From Planctomycetota bacterium (GTDB lineage Bacteria; Planctomycetota; UBA1135; GCA-002686595), in contig JAEUHY010000043.1 in NCBI GenBank assembly GCA_016795325.1, forward strand, positions 30,174-94,173: 64,000 nt of DNA, written 5' to 3'. The notes beneath the pieces are model-generated. The model was given only the letters and a program-made list of their open reading frames with translations, was not told the origin of the DNA and made no database searches. Position 1 is the stretch's first letter. The number at the start of each line of letters is the position of its first letter. Shown here in pieces: positions 19,617-30,000 of this stretch. A program made the position numbers and the translations under genes.

Positions 19617-19841
19617 ATGGCGCTCGACCTGCGCACCCACACCGTGACCATCGACGCGGGCTGCATCTCCTGCGGGATGTGCGAGTCGCTCGTCCCGGAA
19701 GTTTTTTCCGTGCCGGCCGGGTCCACGTCGCAGGTCCGCCGCGACTGGCTCGACTGGGCGCAGACGACGCCGGAGAGCGAGGAACGCCTGCGCGGCGCGC
19801 GCGACTCGTGCCCCGTGGACGTCATCCGGCTCGAGTCCTGA
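19617..19841 (+). CDS. Small single-cluster ferredoxin
   Basis: ATG at 19617. CISCGMCESLVP ... CPVDVI gives the CxxCxxC...CP cluster ligands. Size is 74 aa. Confidence 0.7.
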   Translation: MALDLRTHTVTIDAGCISCGMCESLVPEVFSVPAGSTSQVRRDWLDWAQTTPESEERLRGARDSCPVDVIRLES

Positions 19842-19989
19842 GGAACCGGCCGCGTTCGGGCGAGAAATCGGGTGCTTTCGGGCTCGTTTCGGGGAACGCG
19901 TCGGCTAAGGATTTCGGAGCCCAGCGATCGCGCCTCAAGCGGCGCCAGCCGCGGACGGTCGCAGGCGCCAAGACCGACAGGAGGTCCTT

Positions 19990-20343
19990 ATGAAGCGCCA
20001 TCTGAACGAACGTCGCGAAGCCGAGCGGCTGGTCCCGCTCATCCGTTCCATCGGGAACGAGATCCGCGAGCGCAGCGGTCGGGTCGATGTGCTCGAAGAT
20101 CGCCTCGGCAGCCTCTCGAGCGCAAATGACGAGCACCGTATGGCGATCCGGCAACTCGAGTCCGAGCTGAGCATCCACCGCCGCGAGCTGCGGCGCGCGG
20201 AGAAGGAGCTCAAGGAACTCGGCTGCCAACTCGACGCCGACCATCCGCTCCGCGTGCTGATCCCGGGCAAGTCGGGCACGTACGCTTACGAGCGCCTCGA
20301 CAAGACCTCCTTCTACCGGGCCGCTGAGCAGCTGAACCACTGA
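19990..20343 (+). CDS. Hypothetical coiled-coil protein (117 aa), possibly DUF2203-like
   Basis: AGGAGG precedes ATG at 19990. A heptad-like helical N-terminal part is followed by a small C-terminal domain. Confidence 0.6.
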   Translation: MKRHLNERREAERLVPLIRSIGNEIRERSGRVDVLEDRLGSLSSANDEHRMAIRQLESELSIHRRELRRAEKELKELGCQLDADHPLRVLIPGKSGTYAYERLDKTSFYRAAEQLNH

Positions 20344-20384
20344 CGCAAGCGCAGAAGGACGGCGCGAAGGCGCCCGAATCAACA

Positions 20385-20424
20385 CAGCAGGCCGCGCACC
20401 CTTCCTGGGATGCGCGGCCTGCTG
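20385..20424. terminator. Bidirectional hairpin terminator between convergent genes
   Basis: Perfect 14-bp stem CAGCAGGCCGCGCA / TGCGCGGCCTGCTG with a 12-nt loop. T-rich sequence follows on the + strand. Confidence 0.6.
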
Positions 20425-20578
20425 TCGTTCCTTCCGACCATCCGTGGCTTCAAGCCAGTCGACGAGCAGCGCACCGTTGGATGGCTCGCTTCGCGCGCGC
20501 TCACGCGCGAGACGTGAGAAGCGCCACGCGTCGCGCCGCGCCGTGCCGCGAGGCGCCCGGCGCGACGTAGCGCGCGCG

Positions 20579-22432
20579 TTACGGTCTCTGCGGCTTCGCA
20601 GGCTGCGGCTTGGCGCCGTCGGCGCCGCGACCGCTCGCGGGAGCGGCCGGTGCGGCCGCAGGTCGGGCGCCCGGTGCACCCGCCGCCGGCGGCGCCGCAC
20701 GGCCGTTCCCAGCGCCGCCGCGAGCCGGATTCGCCGCGGGCCGCTGCGGTTGCGTTGCACCAGGCGCCGGCGGTTTCGGCTGCGCGCCCGCCCCACTCGG
20801 AGGCGCGCCCGTCGGGCTCGCCGCGTTCCCTTCGGCGCGCGCCTTGGCCTTCGGCCCCTTGGCGCCGCTAGCCTGCCGCGCGATGCGCTTCTCGAGCTTC
20901 GCACGCTCAGCCGCTGCTTCCTCGGGGCTCGCGTTGCGCGCCTTGAGCAGCACTTCCAAGCGGTTGCGCAAGACGGCGGGATCTTGCTCGGGGCCCTCGT
21001 CTTCGTCCGCGGCAGGCGCGGGATCGGCGGGCGCCGCCGCCGGCTTGGGCGCTGCCGCGGGCGCCGCGGTCGGCGCAGTCGCGGGAGCCACGGCCGGCGT
21101 CGCCGCCGGGCCGCCCTGCTGCGCGCGCTGACGCAGCTGCTCCTTGGCGGCTTCGATCTCCTCAGCCGAAGCGCCGTCCTTCTTCATGCGCCGCTCGGTC
21201 GCATCGAGCGCGCGCTGCAACTTGGCCGCCATCTCCGGGTCGACGGGCGCCGCCGCCGGCTTCGACTCGGACGCCGGGGCCGCGGGCGGAGTCGCGGGAG
21301 CTGCGGCCGGCGTCGCAGCCGGATTCGCGGCGGTCCCCGCCCCGTTGCTCAGCGCTTGAGCACGCTGACGGAGTTGCTCTTGGGCGGCCTCGATTTCCTG
21401 GGCCGAGGCGCCGTCCTTCTTCATGCGCCGCTCGGTCGCGTCGAGCGCGCGCTGGAGCTTCGCGGCGGCCTCCGGGTCGACGGGCGCCGTCGTCGGAGCG
21501 TTCGGTGCGCCGGCAGCGCGTGCAGCAGGCTGCCCAGCGTTGGCGCTCGGAGCTGCGGCAGCCGCGCCGGCGGCGCCCGTGGGAGCGTTTCCGGTGGCGC
21601 CTGCGGTCGGACCACCCGTCGGAGCCGAGGCGGGCTTCGCCGGCGCGGCCGCACCCGCGGCACGCGGCGCCGACGGCGCAGAGGGCTCGGCCGGCGCTGT
21701 GGCGGCGCCAGCGTTGTCGATGCGCTGCTGCAGCGCCTGACGTTCGGCCGCCGCCGTCTCCGGCGTCACGCCGCTCGTGCGCAGCCGTCGGTTCAACGCG
21801 TCTTGGGCTTCTTTCGAAAGCCCGGACAGATCGCCCTGCGCGGCAGGTTCCGTTTCCACGCCGCGCGGCCGCGCCGCGCCGCCCGCAGCGCCCGCGTCCT
21901 GTTCCTGCGCCTTGCGGAGAGCTTCGTCGATCTTGCGGTTGATCTCGTCGGCAGGATTCGGCGCCGGGGCCGCCGCGCGCGGCGCAACGGGTTTCGCTGC
22001 CGGCGCTGTGTTGGCAGGCGTCGCGGGAGTCGCAGGCGCGGCGGGCTTCACCGCGGCGCGCAACTTCGCCACCTCCGCTTCGAGATCGGCCTCGATCGTC
22101 CGCCCGCTCGCGCTCAACCAGCCGTGGAAGCCGACGAGGAACTCACTCTCGCTCAGGCGCCCGTTCTTGTCCGCGTCGGCGGCGGTCACGTCGCGCGGCC
22201 CCAGCCCACTGGCCGGCGATTCGCTCGGGCTCAGTGCGCCGTCCGCATCCTTGTCGACGCGCTTGAACAGCGCCTTCGCGCCGGCGAGCGAGAATCCGAC
22301 CGGCGCCTGGCTCTCTCCCGCCGCCTTGCGCGCCTGGGCCCACGCCGGTGCGGCGCTCAAGCTGCTGAGCACCAAGGCTGCGAGCCAAACCCGCGCGCCA
22401 GCCTGCGACTGCAATGCGATGCCGTTGTACAT
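20579..22432 (-). CDS. Secreted EF-hand protein with long Ala/Pro-rich linkers and duplicated helical modules
   Basis: The track start at 22438 is TTG. ATG at 22432 has AGGAG 7 nt upstream. Signal peptide is ...LSAAPAWAQ. EF-hand loops are DKDADGALSPSE and DADKNGRLSESEF. The module PVDPE.AAKLQRALDATERRMKKDGASA.EIEAA.EQLRQRAQ occurs twice. Confidence 0.75.
   Translation of the reverse strand: MYNGIALQSQAGARVWLAALVLSSLSAAPAWAQARKAAGESQAPVGFSLAGAKALFKRVDKDADGALSPSESPASGLGPRDVTAADADKNGRLSESEFLVGFHGWLSASGRTIEADLEAEVAKLRAAVKPAAPATPATPANTAPAAKPVAPRAAAPAPNPADEINRKIDEALRKAQEQDAGAAGGAARPRGVETEPAAQGDLSGLSKEAQDALNRRLRTSGVTPETAAAERQALQQRIDNAGAATAPAEPSAPSAPRAAGAAAPAKPASAPTGGPTAGATGNAPTGAAGAAAAAPSANAGQPAARAAGAPNAPTTAPVDPEAAAKLQRALDATERRMKKDGASAQEIEAAQEQLRQRAQALSNGAGTAANPAATPAAAPATPPAAPASESKPAAAPVDPEMAAKLQRALDATERRMKKDGASAEEIEAAKEQLRQRAQQGGPAATPAVAPATAPTAAPAAAPKPAAAPADPAPAADEDEGPEQDPAVLRNRLEVLLKARNASPEEAAAERAKLEKRIARQASGAKGPKAKARAEGNAASPTGAPPSGAGAQPKPPAPGATQPQRPAANPARGGAGNGRAAPPAAGAPGARPAAAPAAPASGRGADGAKPQPAKPQRP
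21126..21488. repeat. Two ~126-nt near-identical segments, 237 nt apart, inside the EF-hand gene
   Basis: 21126-21251 and 21363-21488 align with a few substitutions. The period is 79 codons. Confidence 0.85.
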
Positions 22433-22627
22433 GTTCAAACTCCTGGACTCGCCAAACTACGCGCGCGGCGGACGGTTGGCGGGTCGGGGCGAGAAAAAGT
22501 TCCGCGCAGCGCGCCGACGGCCGGTGACCCGTCGCGGCCGGCGAACCCGCCCGCGCGCGCCCGAGTTCGACGCTGCGTCGACGAACTTTCGACCATCCGG
22601 CGCGCGAGGTAGCCCGAAGCGCAGGGC

Positions 22628-23254
22628 ATGCAGACCCAACTCCTTCTCGTCGCGTTCCTCACCCTCCCCCTGGCCGCCTGCACCTCGAACGCGCCGCGCG
22701 GCGCCTCGGGCTTCTACGCACGCGCCAACCTCGGCTACGGCCAGACGCTCGACGGCGCCTTCGATCCCAGCGGCGCGAGCGCGGAGGGCGAGTACTCGCC
22801 CGGGCTCGTCAGCGGCGCCGCCGTCGGCTACGACCTCGACGAGCACTGGAGCGTCGAAGCCGATTGGACCTACCGCAGCGGCGACATCGACACGATCGGT
22901 GCGAATGGCTCGCTCGCGAACGGCGGCGACTACGCCTCGGTCGCCGTGACGACCAACGTGATCTACAGCTTCGCGGCGAGCGGCCCGTGGCGACCCTACG
23001 TCGGCGCCGGCCTGGGTTTCCTGCAGGAAATCGACGCCGACCTGGAACCGTCGGGAGGCGAGGTCAGCGACCGCGGCGGGCTGGCGTACCAGTTCCTCGC
23101 AGGCGTTGGCTACCGCGCGACCGACGCGCTCGAGCTCACGCTCGAAGGGCGCTACCTCGGGGCGAGCGGGGTCGAGCTCGAAGGCGGAGGACAGTCGTTC
23201 GACGCCGACTACGAGCACCTCGGCGTGCTGCTCGGCGTGCGCTGGCTGTTCTGA
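22628..23254 (+). CDS. Small outer-membrane beta-barrel lipoprotein (OmpA-like barrel / OmpW-opacity type)
   Basis: Lipobox LTLPLAAC. It has alternating aromatic/Gly strands (YVGAGLGF, AYQFLAGVGY) and the C-terminal sequence LLGVRWLF. Confidence 0.8.
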   Translation: MQTQLLLVAFLTLPLAACTSNAPRGASGFYARANLGYGQTLDGAFDPSGASAEGEYSPGLVSGAAVGYDLDEHWSVEADWTYRSGDIDTIGANGSLANGGDYASVAVTTNVIYSFAASGPWRPYVGAGLGFLQEIDADLEPSGGEVSDRGGLAYQFLAGVGYRATDALELTLEGRYLGASGVELEGGGQSFDADYEHLGVLLGVRWLF

Positions 23255-23267
23255 GCCCGCGAGTCGT

Positions 23268-24536
23268 TCACGCGGCGGCGCCCGCGAGGCGCGGCGCGAA
23301 GTCGAGCACGACCGTGAACACGCCGTCGTGCTCGCGCGTTTCCAAGCGCCAGCCGAAGCGTGAGCACAGGTCGCGCGCGATCTGGAGTCCAAAGCCGAAA
23401 CCCTCGGCCGACGAACGTGATTCGTCAGCGCGAGCCGCGTTGCGCACGACCAGGCGAGCTCCGTCGACTTCGAGCTCGACGGCGCCGCCGCCGTGGCTCA
23501 GCGCGTTGCCGAGCACGTTGCCGAGCACGATGCGCGCGAGGCGCTCGCTGCCGTCGACGAGCGCGTCGGCGCCGCGCGTGAGTTCGAGCTTCGCACCTGC
23601 GCCGGCGACGGTGCGCCGTTCGCTCACCAGCGCCGCCACGAGCGCGCCGAGCGTGAAGCACTCGCGATCCAGGCCCGCTGGAGTCGTGGCCGGTTCGCGT
23701 GCAAGCCACAGGAAGGCGTGGACCAAGTCCCCCATCTCGACCAGCGCGGCCTCGACGCGCCGCAGCAGCTCGAGGCGTCGCGCGTCCGTGGCTTGCGGCT
23801 CGTCCCGCAACAGTTCGAGCGCGCCGCGCGCCGCGGCGATCGGCGTGCGCAGCTCGTGGCTGGCGTCACGCGTGAAGCGCTGCTCACGCTCGAGCGCCGC
23901 GCGCAGCCGTGTGTCGGCGTCGCGCCACAGCCGCGCGATGCGGCCGATCTCGTCGTCGCGTTGTTCGGCGGCGGAAGCCGGCGCCAGCGGCGCAGCTCCG
24001 GCGACGAGCCGCTCCAGGTCGTCGAGCGCGCCGAACAAACGCCGCGCAGCCATCAGCCCGACGATCGTCGCGAGCACGGCCAGCGCGAATCCGCCGCCGA
24101 CGGCGCCGACGTAGTTCCAACTCCACGGTCCCTCGAGCGCCTCGAGCCCGGTCAGGTCGTAGAGCAACCAACGCTCCGGCCTGCCCGCAGCGTCGCTCTC
24201 GACAGCCACGATCAGCTCGGTCGCGTCGAGGCCGGGCAACGGCTCGTCGTTGAACTCGTGCACACCGGGCGGCAGGGAGCGCAGGAACTCGGCCAGTTCG
24301 GGCCGCTCGCGCGAAAGATCGCGCACGACACGCGCGCCAGGCGCCGCGAGCGCGCCGTCGAGGTCGCCGGGACGCGCCGCTTGCTCGCGCAGTCGCTCGA
24401 GCTGGCGCGCGAAGATCTTGTCCTCGGTGTCGAGCACCAGGCGCGGAACGACCCACGCATAGGTCAGTGCGAGCGCCGCGCCGAAAGCGGCGATCAAAAC
24501 GGTCAAACCACGACGCAGGCGCGGCGGAGAACTCAC
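23268..24536 (-). CDS. Sensor histidine kinase (two TM, HisKA + HATPase)
   Basis: GTG at 24536 overlaps the regulator stop (GTGA). H-box is FTRDASHELRTP. N/G boxes are LGNALSH and GFGFGLQIA. Two TM segments flank a ~130-aa periplasmic loop. Confidence 0.88.
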   Translation of the reverse strand: MSSPPRLRRGLTVLIAAFGAALALTYAWVVPRLVLDTEDKIFARQLERLREQAARPGDLDGALAAPGARVVRDLSRERPELAEFLRSLPPGVHEFNDEPLPGLDATELIVAVESDAAGRPERWLLYDLTGLEALEGPWSWNYVGAVGGGFALAVLATIVGLMAARRLFGALDDLERLVAGAAPLAPASAAEQRDDEIGRIARLWRDADTRLRAALEREQRFTRDASHELRTPIAAARGALELLRDEPQATDARRLELLRRVEAALVEMGDLVHAFLWLAREPATTPAGLDRECFTLGALVAALVSERRTVAGAGAKLELTRGADALVDGSERLARIVLGNVLGNALSHGGGAVELEVDGARLVVRNAARADESRSSAEGFGFGLQIARDLCSRFGWRLETREHDGVFTVVLDFAPRLAGAAA

Positions 24537-25213
24537 GCGCCCTCCTCGCGCGCGACGCGATAACCGATGCCGCGCACCGTGTGCACGAGCGGCGCGAGCC
24601 CGTCGACGTCGATCGCCTTGCGCAGGGCGTAGATGTGCGAGCGCAGCACGCTGCTCTCGGGCGAGAAGCCATCCCACAGCACACGCTCGAGGTGCTCGCG
24701 AGTCACGACGCGCGGCGACGCGCTCATCAGCTCGCGTAGGATGCGCAAGCCGACGCGGTTGAGCTCCAGCGCGCGGCCAGCGCGCTCCACGCGCAGCTGT
24801 CCGAGGTCGTAACGCAGGTCATCGACAATGAGGACCTCCGACTCTGCGCGCGTGGAACGCCTCGCCAACGCCTGCAGACGCACCAGCAGCTCGGCGCCTT
24901 CGAACGGCTTGACCACGTAATCGTCGGCGCCTGCCGCGAAGCCCTCGAGCTTGTCCTCGAGCGTGTCGCGCGCGGTGAGCATGAGCACCAGCGGTCCGCT
25001 GCCGCGCTGCTCACGCAACTTGCGACACAACTCCAGACCATCGAGGTGCGGCAAGCCCAGATCGAGCACGACGACCTCGTGGTTGCCCGCCAGCGCGAGC
25101 AAGAGCCCGCTGCGGCCGTCGATGGCAACGTCGACTTCGTGACCAGCTCGTTCGAGCTGTTCGGTCAGGTTCGCGCGCACCGCGTTGTTGTCTTCGATGA
25201 AGAGGATTCGCAC
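24533..25213 (-). CDS. OmpR-family response regulator
   Basis: GTG at 25213 (VRILFIEDN). It has the receiver residues ...VVVLDLGLP, LTAR and DDYVVKPF. The winged-helix C-terminus ends TVRGIGYR. Confidence 0.9.
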   Translation of the reverse strand: MRILFIEDNNAVRANLTEQLERAGHEVDVAIDGRSGLLLALAGNHEVVVLDLGLPHLDGLELCRKLREQRGSGPLVLMLTARDTLEDKLEGFAAGADDYVVKPFEGAELLVRLQALARRSTRAESEVLIVDDLRYDLGQLRVERAGRALELNRVGLRILRELMSASPRVVTREHLERVLWDGFSPESSVLRSHIYALRKAIDVDGLAPLVHTVRGIGYRVAREEGA

Positions 25214-25340
25214 CGCTTCAAAGTACGGCGCCGAACAGCGCGGCGGAGCACCGCGGACCGCTCGAGCAGCTGATTCGACTTCGAATCGACGCGGAATCGA
25301 CACCACGCCGCAACGCGTCGTGCGCACACTCGCACGCCCC

Positions 25341-26240
25341 ATGAAGAGCCTCACCACATGTGCTGTTTTCCTCGCGATTTGCGCCAGTTCCTGTGCAGCC
25401 GGCGCCGGCGCCTTGCGTTCCTCGAGCACGTCGCCACGCTCTCGACCTGGACCTGCTCAAGAGCAGGGCGCAGCTGTCGATACCCAAGCGGCCGCGCTCG
25501 TCCCCTCGCCCTCCGTGCTCGACTTCACGCGCGGCGGCGGCTGGGGCGTCGCGCTCGGCGTGGGTGTCGAGTACGAGGCCGCGTACGACGGCTCCGACGA
25601 GTACGAAGTCGAGCTCGACCCCGCGGGCGCGATCCAGTGGCGCAGCGGACAGCACCTGCTGTTCTTCGAAGGCGCTGAACTCGGCTGGCGCGGCGTGTTC
25701 GACGAGCGCTGGTTGGTGCAAGCGGGTGCGCGCTACGAAGACGGGCTCGATCCGAGCGACTCCGAGGATGGCGTGCTGGACGGACTGCCCAAGCGCGATT
25801 CCCACTTGACCGGCTTCTTCGAGGTGCGGCGCGCGCTCGACGCGCAGTGGCGCAACTGGATCGCCGGTCGCGTGCTCGCCGGCGAGAGCGACTTCGGCGC
25901 GCTCGGAGTGCTCGCCGCCGGACACCGCTTCGGCGACAGCATCGAGGGACTTGGGACCGAAGTGTTCGTGTTCTCGACCTTCGGCGATCGCGCGTTCGTC
26001 GAGAAGGACTTCGGCGTGACCGCCGCTGATTCCGCAGCTTCGGGGTTGGCGCAGACGGACATCGACGGCGGCTATCGCTCCAGCGGCCTGCAGCTCGTGC
26101 ACCGCGAGCGCCTCACCGACAACCTGCAGGTCATCGCGCAGGCGGGCGTCGAGTTCTACAACTCGCAGATCGGCGGCAGTCCCATCGCGCGCGACGACTT
26201 CGAGGGTGAGGTGTCGCTCGCGCTGGTCTGGGCGTTCTGA
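25341..26240 (+). CDS. MipA/OmpV-family outer-membrane protein
   Basis: ATG at 25341 with signal/lipobox FLAICASSC. The beta-strand pattern [16 protein letters not shown]... ends in LALVWAF. It is divergent from the two-component system, a common MipA context. Confidence 0.75.
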   Translation: MKSLTTCAVFLAICASSCAAGAGALRSSSTSPRSRPGPAQEQGAAVDTQAAALVPSPSVLDFTRGGGWGVALGVGVEYEAAYDGSDEYEVELDPAGAIQWRSGQHLLFFEGAELGWRGVFDERWLVQAGARYEDGLDPSDSEDGVLDGLPKRDSHLTGFFEVRRALDAQWRNWIAGRVLAGESDFGALGVLAAGHRFGDSIEGLGTEVFVFSTFGDRAFVEKDFGVTAADSAASGLAQTDIDGGYRSSGLQLVHRERLTDNLQVIAQAGVEFYNSQIGGSPIARDDFEGEVSLALVWAF

Positions 26241-26371
26241 GCCGCATCCGTAGCGCGGCGCGGGGCTCGAAGCAGCCTCTTTTCCGCCGCGAACTGCGCA
26301 CTTTGGCTGGCGCGAGCGCCTGCAGCACGGGGTGGAGTGCAGCAACTCGCTTTGCTCTCGCGGAGGACCTC

Positions 26372-27034
26372 GTGAAGAAGATCGTCATCATCGGCGCGTT
26401 CGCGCTGGGACTGGTCGCCAGCGCCGTCGCCGCCGCGCATTGGACCGCCCCCGGACGCAAGGCGCAGTTCGTCTTCGGCGGCGCGCTCGTCGACGTCGGA
26501 TACGGCCTGCAGGACGGCGTCGAGAGCTACGACTTCGCGCACGAGCACGAGCTCAAACCGGCGCAGGTGTGGGCCGAGATGCTCAAACACAATCGGCTTT
26601 CGTCCGGCATGCGCCACGCGTTTCCGCGCACGGCGCACCACCCGCTGGTGGCGCTCGTGGTGTGCATGGACGCGCGCATCGACACCAACGAGCTCGTCGG
26701 CGACACACGCCGCTTCTACTACGTGATCCGCACCGCGGGCTCCGTCATGGGCGAGCGCGAGCACGAGATGCTCGAGCTGGCGGTGGCGAACGGCGTGAAG
26801 CTCGTCGTGCTCACCACGCACAGCGACTGCGCCGCCGAGCGCGCGGCCGCCACGCCGGAGCTGCGCGAGAAGTTCCCGGCGCTCTCGCGCGCGGTCGATG
26901 AGCGCGAGGCGTCCGTCGCGGCCTTCTTGGAGCGCCCCACCATCGCGGCCGCGCTCGCCGCCGAGCGGCTCCGCGTGGAGCGCGTCGCCATCGAAACCCT
27001 GACCGACCAGCTGGAAACGGACGGCGAGCGCTGA
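26372..27034 (+). CDS. Membrane-anchored beta-class carbonic anhydrase-like protein
   Basis: GTG at 26372 is preceded by GGAGGA. N-terminal TM is [19 protein letters not shown]. Zinc-ligand motifs are CMDARID (CxDxR) and THSDCAA (HxxC). Confidence 0.7.
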   Translation: MKKIVIIGAFALGLVASAVAAAHWTAPGRKAQFVFGGALVDVGYGLQDGVESYDFAHEHELKPAQVWAEMLKHNRLSSGMRHAFPRTAHHPLVALVVCMDARIDTNELVGDTRRFYYVIRTAGSVMGEREHEMLELAVANGVKLVVLTTHSDCAAERAAATPELREKFPALSRAVDEREASVAAFLERPTIAAALAAERLRVERVAIETLTDQLETDGER

Positions 27035-27063
27035 GCCCGTACGCGGGCTCTCCATGCCCGCTC

Positions 27064-30000
27064 TCACGGTTTCTCGGCCTCGAAATCGAGCCGCAGCTGG
27101 GTGTTGCCCTCGGCGCCGAGTTCGAGCTCGACGGGCGTAGCGCGCGTCTTGCAGTCGAGTGCGACGCGGTAGCGCCCCGGTTTGAGCCCCACGACTTCGA
27201 AGCGTGCGCGCCCCTCGGCGTCGACGCGCGCTGCAATGCTCCGCACTCTGCCGACCGTTTCGTCGACTCCTCGCACGTGCAGGTTCACGACGCGATCTTC
27301 CGCAGGAACGCCGACGAGCAGTTCGTCGGGAACGCCGACCGTTCCAGCGCAGACGACGCCTCGATCCAGTCGCAACTCACACGTGACGAGTGATGCGCCC
27401 TTAGACACGACGCATTCGCCTGCGCAGTAGCCGTGCGTCGCATGTTCCGCCGACGCGCTGAAGGCGCCAGCCTGGTACACCGCGACCGTGACACGTCCCT
27501 CCGAGTCGGTCTCAAGCGTTCCGAAGCCCACTTGGCGCTGCTCGCTGTCGCGCAACTCGCACGGCACATTCGCAACGGGCTTGCCCGCGACGTCGAGCAC
27601 ACGCACCTCGATCACGCAGCGCTGGAGGGCTATCTCGAGTCTGCGCGCCTCGCCCGCAGCGAGCTCGATGCGGCGAATCCAGGGCGTGAAGTTGGAGTCC
27701 TCGTCCCTCAACCTGAGGAAGCGCAGCTGTGCGCTGTACGAACCCGGCTCGATCCAGCCGAAGTCGAACCCGCCCTCGGCGTCGAGGCGGACTTCGCGGA
27801 AGCGTTGCGCACTTGCTCCACGGCCAGCTAGGCTCAGCGCGAGCCCTTCGTGTGCTCCGGCGGCGAGCGTGACGCGGCCGTGCAAGCGCGCACGTCCGCT
27901 GTTGGCGGGAGGAAACGAAGGATCGACTTCGATGGTCAGTTCCGTGCGCTCGCCGGGATCGATCCCAACGCTCACCATGCGCTGAGGAGTCGCATCGCCT
28001 TCCACGGACGCGAGCCAGGTTTCGATGCCGGCATCGCTCGCCAACGGCTCGTGCAGGTCGAGCAACCAGCGTCCCGCGGCGAGCCGATCGATCGTCGCTA
28101 CGCCGTCGGCCTTCGTGCGCGCGGAGAGGCTCCACACGCCGAGATCGCCGACTGCGACGTTGGCGATCCACGGACGTTTCGCGGGCGCACCGCGTTCGAG
28201 CACCTGCACACGCACGGAACCGCCCTCATCGAGCGTGAACTCCTGGGAACGAGCGCCGTACTCGACCGGCACGTTGTAGAGCGGCGCGAACTCGTGATGC
28301 CAGACGTCGCAGCGCAGGTCGTGAGCCGCAAGGCCCGCTGGCAATGCGAGCTGCGCGACTCCGTCGGCGCCGGAAAGCGCGCGGGCCACGACCCTTCTGG
28401 AGTCGGAGCGCAGCGTGACTCGGGCGCCGGCGATCGGGCGAGCGTCGGCGGCCTGCACGATGCGCACGTCGTATTCGACGGCGGCGTCGAGCGAAATCGC
28501 GAACTCGGCGGACTCGTCTCGAACCTCGACCGGTGCACGCACCGACGCGAAACCTCGCCGCCGCGCAGTCGCGAGGTAGCTTCCGGGCGCCAAAGCGTCG
28601 AACACAATCGGCGAGTTGCCGCGGCGCGTCTGCAGCGCCTGTTCCGCGAGAGCGCTCAGCGCAGCGCCGTTTTGCGTCGTGGCGTTCAGCTCCACTTCGA
28701 CATCGTCGAGCGGCTCGCCAGTGGACGAGCGCACGACGACGCGCAATTCGCGTTCGCGCGGCAAACGCAGCTCAAGCGCCTGAAGCGTGGCGAATTCGGC
28801 GCACGTCCAAGCCATCTTCGCCGAGCGGCGCGCCGCAACGACGACGACGCCAGCGGTGGCGAGTCCGTCGCACTTGAAAGTGCCGTCGAGCGAGCTGAGT
28901 CCAGCGCTGCGGAGCTGCGCGAAGCTCGCAGCGGGCGCGCAGACTCCGACGCACACCTCTACACCGGAAATCGGCGCTCCATCGGCGTCCACGACGCGGC
29001 CGACGAGCGATCGGCCACGTGCGAGCACGACATCGCCGAGTTCGCGCGTCGCTCCGACAGCGGCTTGCTCGCGAAGGTCGCGGGGCGCGAAGCCGTGCGC
29101 CGTGAACTGCAGCTGCACCTCCCCCTTCGGCGCCGCGATCCGGAACGCCCCCGACTCGTCGCTAAGTACCGTGGGAGTTGGAAGTTCCTCGAGCGACGTC
29201 CTGAGCCACGGCGCAGGCGCGACAACCGACCAGCGGTCCTCCAAGCGACTCGCAACGGCGGCTTCGACAAGCGAGACGGCGCCGAGCCTGCCCGGCAGTG
29301 CAACGCGCACGCGCACACTGGCGAGCGGCGCGCCGGCGTCGTCGACGACTCGCCCGACCAACTCCGCGCGCTTCGCGAGCGGCACGTCGCCCAGGTCGAG
29401 TTCCCCGTCGGACGCTGGCGAGCCTTCGACCCCACGTGCGTGGCCACGCGGTCCTCCGCTGTCGATCGCGAGGAGCAGCAGTTCACCGCGCCGCCCACCC
29501 GGCAGCACGAAGCGACCATCCGGACCGGTCGTGTCGCGCGAACGTTCGACGTTCGGCGGCGCGTCGCGCTCGTCGGGGAGCTTGGGCGCGGACAGGTCGA
29601 GATCGAACGCGAGCAGCCGCACGTCGAGCTTCGCGAGCGGCGCACCCTGCGCGTCGACGAGCCGACCGCGCACCCCGCGAAGCGCTTCGACGCCGGCGTC
29701 CCCGCCCGAACTGACGGCTTCGGCGCGCGCAGTCGCCAGCGCCGCGGTTGCAGCGTAGTTCACTTCGGCGAGAGGCTCCGACATCTCGAGTGTGGCCGGC
29801 GCGGTCGCGGTGTCGGTTACGGACGAGCTCGCCGACTCGACAGCGATCCACGCGGCGCCGGCGAGAAGCGCTGCGAACGCAGCGACGAGCGCAATCGGCC
29901 CCGCCATGAGAGGCGCGGCCGGCGTCGGCAGGCCGCGCGCTCGGCACGCCCGCGCCAAGGTGTCCGCGCGCAACCTGCGCAGCCGCAGCGGCTCGATGGT

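Noticed and set aside
20444-22612. 722-aa plus-strand ORF opposite the EF-hand/PA-rich gene
   Set aside because: It is extremely Arg-rich (RRRR runs) with no signal peptide or motifs. The minus-strand product has an SD, a signal peptide, EF-hand loops and structured repeats.
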